Source: Desulfosudaceae bacterium
GTDB lineage: Bacteria > Desulfobacterota > Desulfobacteria > Desulfobacterales > Desulfosudaceae
DNA length: 64,000 nucleotides
Assembly (NCBI GenBank): GCA_963674745.2
Contig: CAXXDV010000003.1
Location: 1,408,001 to 1,472,000 of the forward strand
Reading direction: 5' to 3'
Part shown: positions 60,568 to 64,000 of the stretch, piece after piece
Layout: each line of letters begins with the position of its first letter
How positions within the stretch are numbered: position 1 is the first letter of the stretch
Notes under the pieces: model-generated
Told to the model about the DNA's origin: nothing
Database searches by the model: none
What the model saw: only the letters and a program-made list of their open reading frames with translations
Position numbers and translations under genes: made by a program

Positions 60568-63500
60568 TTACCACAATCCGCCTGCGGTTGAAATAAAACA
60601 ACTGCCGCCGCCACCGCCGCCGGAAGATTGCGTGTTGGTATTATCGATATTATCGGCCGGGGTATTGTCTATCACGGACCGTTCGGTGACCCCGAGGCCG
60701 GAAGGATCGACGATCACACCGTTGGCCACACCGTCGGCATCGCCGGCGCCACCGTCAACCAGGGTCAGTGTGACGCCTGGCGGATCATGGCTGAACCAGG
60801 CCTGGCTGGAAAAATCCTGCCAGCCGTTGACATTGTCATACTTGTACCAGACGGCGCCGTCCGACAGCGGTTCTGAAAAAAACATCGTGACCTCGGCCGT
60901 GTCACCGACATTTTCAACCATCAGGCGGAAGCTGATGACACCGAAGGGGAATTCAACCCCCGCCGGTCTTCCTTCCTGGGGTAGTCCGTCCGGGTCCACA
61001 ACCTCGACAAAATCAATGGTCTGATTTTCTGCGCCGGTCGTCAGGCCGATCTGCCCGTTACCATCGGCCGATACCACGCGGGTCATGCGTTCATCGCCAT
61101 CCGGGGTACCATTACCGTTAAGGTCGGTATTTCCGTTTATCTGCTGATCATCCGGGATGTTATTGCCGTCGGCGTCGGTAAAAGTCGCCGACGCTGTTAT
61201 AAATGAGGACGGTCCAGACCATTTCCAGTCCCAACCGTCGGAATCCACGAACTGTGTCCGCCAGAAATAAACGGTATTGGCGGCCAGCAAGGCACCTGGA
61301 AGTGTGAGATCAAGCAGCGCCGTGCCGGAAGCGGTTTCAAAAACCATACGCGTAAATGCTTCATCAGCGGCCACCTGCCACACCGAATCGCGGTGGAATT
61401 CACCACCGAAGCCTTCCCGGTAATCCACGACCAGGTCGGGCGTCAGCGATGCGAGTTCTTCCCCGCCCACGGGAGACAATGCCAGCGGAATACCCGGTCC
61501 GGGGGTCACGGCGTTGGGGTTGGTACCCTTTTTATATTCATACCAGTTGATCAAGCCGTCGCCATCCAGGTCCTGATCTGCGTCAGCAACCAGAGGATTC
61601 AGGCCGTTGTTCTTCTCCCAGCCGTCTTCCATGCCGTCCCCGTCGCTGTCCTTGTTAACCGGGCTGGTGCCCTGCTCGTATTCCTGACCGTTGGTAAGGC
61701 CGTCACCGTCCGGGTCCTGGTCGGCGTCTGCGACCAGGGGGTTCAAGCCGTTGTCGACCTCCCAGCCGTCGGGCAGACCGTCGTTATCGGTATCGTCGTC
61801 AATTGGATTGGTGCCCCTGGCGTGCTCCTGGCCGTTGGTCAGGCCGTCGCTGTCATTGTCCAGGTAGGCGTCATTAACCAACGGGTTCAAGCCGTAGCTC
61901 AACTCCCAGTTGTCTGCCATGCCGTCGCCGTCGGTATCACTGTTATTCGGTTTTGTACCCAGCACGTACTCTTGGGCATTGGTCAACCCGTCATTGTCGG
62001 GATCGTCATCGGGATCATCGGGGTTCAGGGGATCCAGCCCGTTCTCCACCTCCCATCCGTCCGGCAGGCCGTCGTTGTCAAGATCCGTTCCGAAATCCCC
62101 CTGACCGTTGATCTTGACGAAGAAGCTCGAGGAACTGACATTCCAGGTGCCGTAAGCCCAGCCGTCATCTCCCACCTTGCCGTTCATCGTAAATGTCACC
62201 CCGAAAAAAGACATCCTGAAGTAGAGGGTGTTGTCACAATAGAACTGTCCTTCCCCGGGGAGGCTGGTGGGGACCAAAGCAGTCAAATCGCCAAGAAGGG
62301 CGTCTATGGAAGGCGCGGAAAAAGACATGGGTGCGTAACCGGTCCGCAGATCTTCGATCTTACCTGTTCCCTGAACATCGCCGATAATCGGAAAGTTATG
62401 CATGATAATGTCGAGCTGTCCATCTGCCCCCACGTCAAATTCCCAGGTACCATCAATGCTTTCCAGTTGCTGGGCGCTGCCGAGGATGGCGTACCTGATA
62501 TCTCCGGCCATGGTGCCGGCATATATACCGGGAATGCCGTCCCACATGGCGTCCGACCCGAAACGTACTTCCAGCGTATGGTCTGCCACAACGCCTTCAA
62601 ATGTGTATTCGGTCACCGGCCCCAGGGAAACCCCGTCTACCACCACGTCGAGAATTTCACAACCTCCGATGGCAGCAAAGGAAAACGCTTCGGTATCCCC
62701 TCTTTCTACTTTCACATCCTTTATCGCGTTTTTAATGTTATAGGGGCTTACGCTTCCGGCACCGATGGCGTTAACTTCAATGGCGTGCGCCAGGGTGTAT
62801 TTTCTGCTGTCAGACAGACTGCCGCTGGCGTACATCTTTATAAACGAAAACGACGTATCAAAGGCCCAGGTGCCGGTAATGCTTTTGTCTGGCTGAACCA
62901 GCCCGTTCATGGAATATCCCACCCCCGGAACTTCAAAGGAAAATCCGCCGTCGCAATCGAACTGTGCACTTCCCGGAATGGTCCCGAGGAGAGATACACC
63001 AAAGTCAATGTCGGCATGACCGGTCAGCGGGTCTACCGTTCCCTCACCCAGTATGGTACCGAAACCATATGGAATTGACGGGCTGTAGATCCGGACGGAA
63101 ATACTGTTATCCGCCTCATCAATCGTAAACAACCATTCCCCGTCAACGGGAAAAAGCAGCGGATCTGATGCCTCTCCCTGGAAGTTTCCTTTGTAGGTTC
63201 CGGGTACAATCCCCCACATTCCAGGGGAACCGAAACGCACCTCAAGGTCGTGGTTTTCGGTAACATTGGTAAACGTATAACTGGTCATGGGGCCGAAAGA
63301 GACATCGTCCACCAGGACATCCAGAACCTGGCAGGAACCGCCGGGCGTAAAGACAAATGTCTTGGAACCACCGTTTTCAACGAGCACATAACCTTCGGGC
63401 GAGACAGCACCCGGCCCCGTTACGCTGGTTATAATCAAGTGGTCGCCCGTACCGACGACCTTCTGGTCTCCGGTAAAAGCCCCACCGGCGGAAAAACCGA

Positions 63501-64000
63501 CAAAAAACAGCGAAGAATCAAAGGCCCAGGTCCCGGATACACTGCCGTCCCCGTTCAGGGTGCCGTTCATGGTATAACCCAGGTCCGGAATGGTAAAAGA
63601 AAAGTGCCTGTCACAGGTAAACAGCCCGGTTCCGTTAAACGTGCCAAAGGTCGGTACGGTAAACACCATTTCAGCCGCTCCGGTCAGGGTGTTGACGGTG
63701 CCAACGCCGATAATATCACCGATAATCGGGTCATCCCCCGGAGTCATGGAAAACGGCATACCGCCGCTGATCATGATGTTCAGGTTGCCGTCCGGGTAAA
63801 CGAAAAATTCCCAGGCCCCCTTGAGCGCCGGTGCCCAGGGAATTTCAACATCATTCATCATAAACCGCCCGGGAATTGTCAAGTCACCCTGCAGGTCGCC
63901 GGCATACAGGCCCGGAATACCGTCCCAGAGGGCGGCGGAACCGAACAGCACTTCAAGGGTATGATTTTCCGTCACATTGGTAAAGGTATAGCCTGGCATT
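60568..64000 (-). CDS. Large repetitive surface protein, 5'-truncated: Ig-like repeats, Ca-binding DxDxDG repeats, choice-of-anchor-U-like domain, GG-CFI tail
   Basis: Three YTFxxVxxxHxLEVxFGS modules; multiple DxDxDGLxDGWE/NGQE repeats; FPFGVISF...WYKY...LTLVDGGAGDADGVANGVIVDPSG; ends GGGGGGSCFISTAGGLW. The Met at 63999 is probably internal to a repeat. Confidence 0.88.
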   Translation of the reverse strand, partial: MPGYTFTNVTENHTLEVLFGSAALWDGIPGLYAGDLQGDLTIPGRFMMNDVEIPWAPALKGAWEFFVYPDGNLNIMISGGMPFSMTPGDDPIIGDIIGVGTVNTLTGAAEMVFTVPTFGTFNGTGLFTCDRHFSFTIPDLGYTMNGTLNGDGSVSGTWAFDSSLFFVGFSAGGAFTGDQKVVGTGDHLIITSVTGPGAVSPEGYVLVENGGSKTFVFTPGGSCQVLDVLVDDVSFGPMTSYTFTNVTENHDLEVRFGSPGMWGIVPGTYKGNFQGEASDPLLFPVDGEWLFTIDEADNSISVRIYSPSIPYGFGTILGEGTVDPLTGHADIDFGVSLLGTIPGSAQFDCDGGFSFEVPGVGYSMNGLVQPDKSITGTWAFDTSFSFIKMYASGSLSDSRKYTLAHAIEVNAIGAGSVSPYNIKNAIKDVKVERGDTEAFSFAAIGGCEILDVVVDGVSLGPVTEYTFEGVVADHTLEVRFGSDAMWDGIPGIYAGTMAGDIRYAILGSAQQLESIDGTWEFDVGADGQLDIIMHNFPIIGDVQGTGKIEDLRTGYAPMSFSAPSIDALLGDLTALVPTSLPGEGQFYCDNTLYFRMSFFGVTFTMNGKVGDDGWAYGTWNVSSSSFFVKINGQGDFGTDLDNDGLPDGWEVENGLDPLNPDDPDDDPDNDGLTNAQEYVLGTKPNNSDTDGDGMADNWELSYGLNPLVNDAYLDNDSDGLTNGQEHARGTNPIDDDTDNDGLPDGWEVDNGLNPLVADADQDPDGDGLTNGQEYEQGTSPVNKDSDGDGMEDGWEKNNGLNPLVADADQDLDGDGLINWYEYKKGTNPNAVTPGPGIPLALSPVGGEELASLTPDLVVDYREGFGGEFHRDSVWQVAADEAFTRMVFETASGTALLDLTLPGALLAANTVYFWRTQFVDSDGWDWKWSGPSSFITASATFTDADGNNIPDDQQINGNTDLNGNGTPDGDERMTRVVSADGNGQIGLTTGAENQTIDFVEVVDPDGLPQEGRPAGVEFPFGVISFRLMVENVGDTAEVTMFFSEPLSDGAVWYKYDNVNGWQDFSSQAWFSHDPPGVTLTLVDGGAGDADGVANGVIVDPSGLGVTERSVIDNTPADNIDNTNTQSSGGGGGGSCFISTAGGLW

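Noticed and set aside
60470..61024. 184-aa + strand Pro-rich ORF
   Set aside because: Crosses a bidirectional terminator; its poly-Pro is the antisense of the Gly linker.
61393..63078. 561-aa + strand ORF
   Set aside because: Antisense shadow of the repetitive surface protein, with no motifs of its own.

Overview
A gene-dense bacterial chromosomal segment. Gene content (selenocysteine formate dehydrogenase, glycyl-radical enzyme, Ni-SOD, LsrF/aldolase-SDR pair, CFI-tailed surface proteins) suggests an anaerobic deltaproteobacterium, probably Desulfobacterales-like; this is inference only. About 38 CDS, two cut by the window edges. I found no rRNA, tRNA, CRISPR array, phage or transposase gene. 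In order: a zincin/FecR membrane protein, an AGCS symporter, an RNase HI, a five-gene CHASE2-cyclase/SH3/M48/FadL-barrel/large-lipoprotein operon, a C45 hydrolase, pqiAABC, an RND pump, an OprO/P porin with a sigma54 promoter, aldolase-SDR/VOC/lsrF, a FecR-TPR-barrel receptor, an MMPL protein, an orphan glycyl-radical locus, an MCP, the Sec-FDH operon, a small binding protein/porin pair, sodN, WD40 and HEAT proteins, a GDSL esterase, a diguanylate cyclase and a large repetitive surface protein. The most unusual non-coding signal is a set of intergenic 7-8-mer tandem arrays at five sites. Wherever both arms are present the G/T-rich arm is on the left and the A/C-rich arm on the right, and two sites enclose GTAG-type REP hairpins. 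There is also a 77-bp MITE with a 4-bp target duplication. All products are assigned from motifs read by eye; no searches were run.
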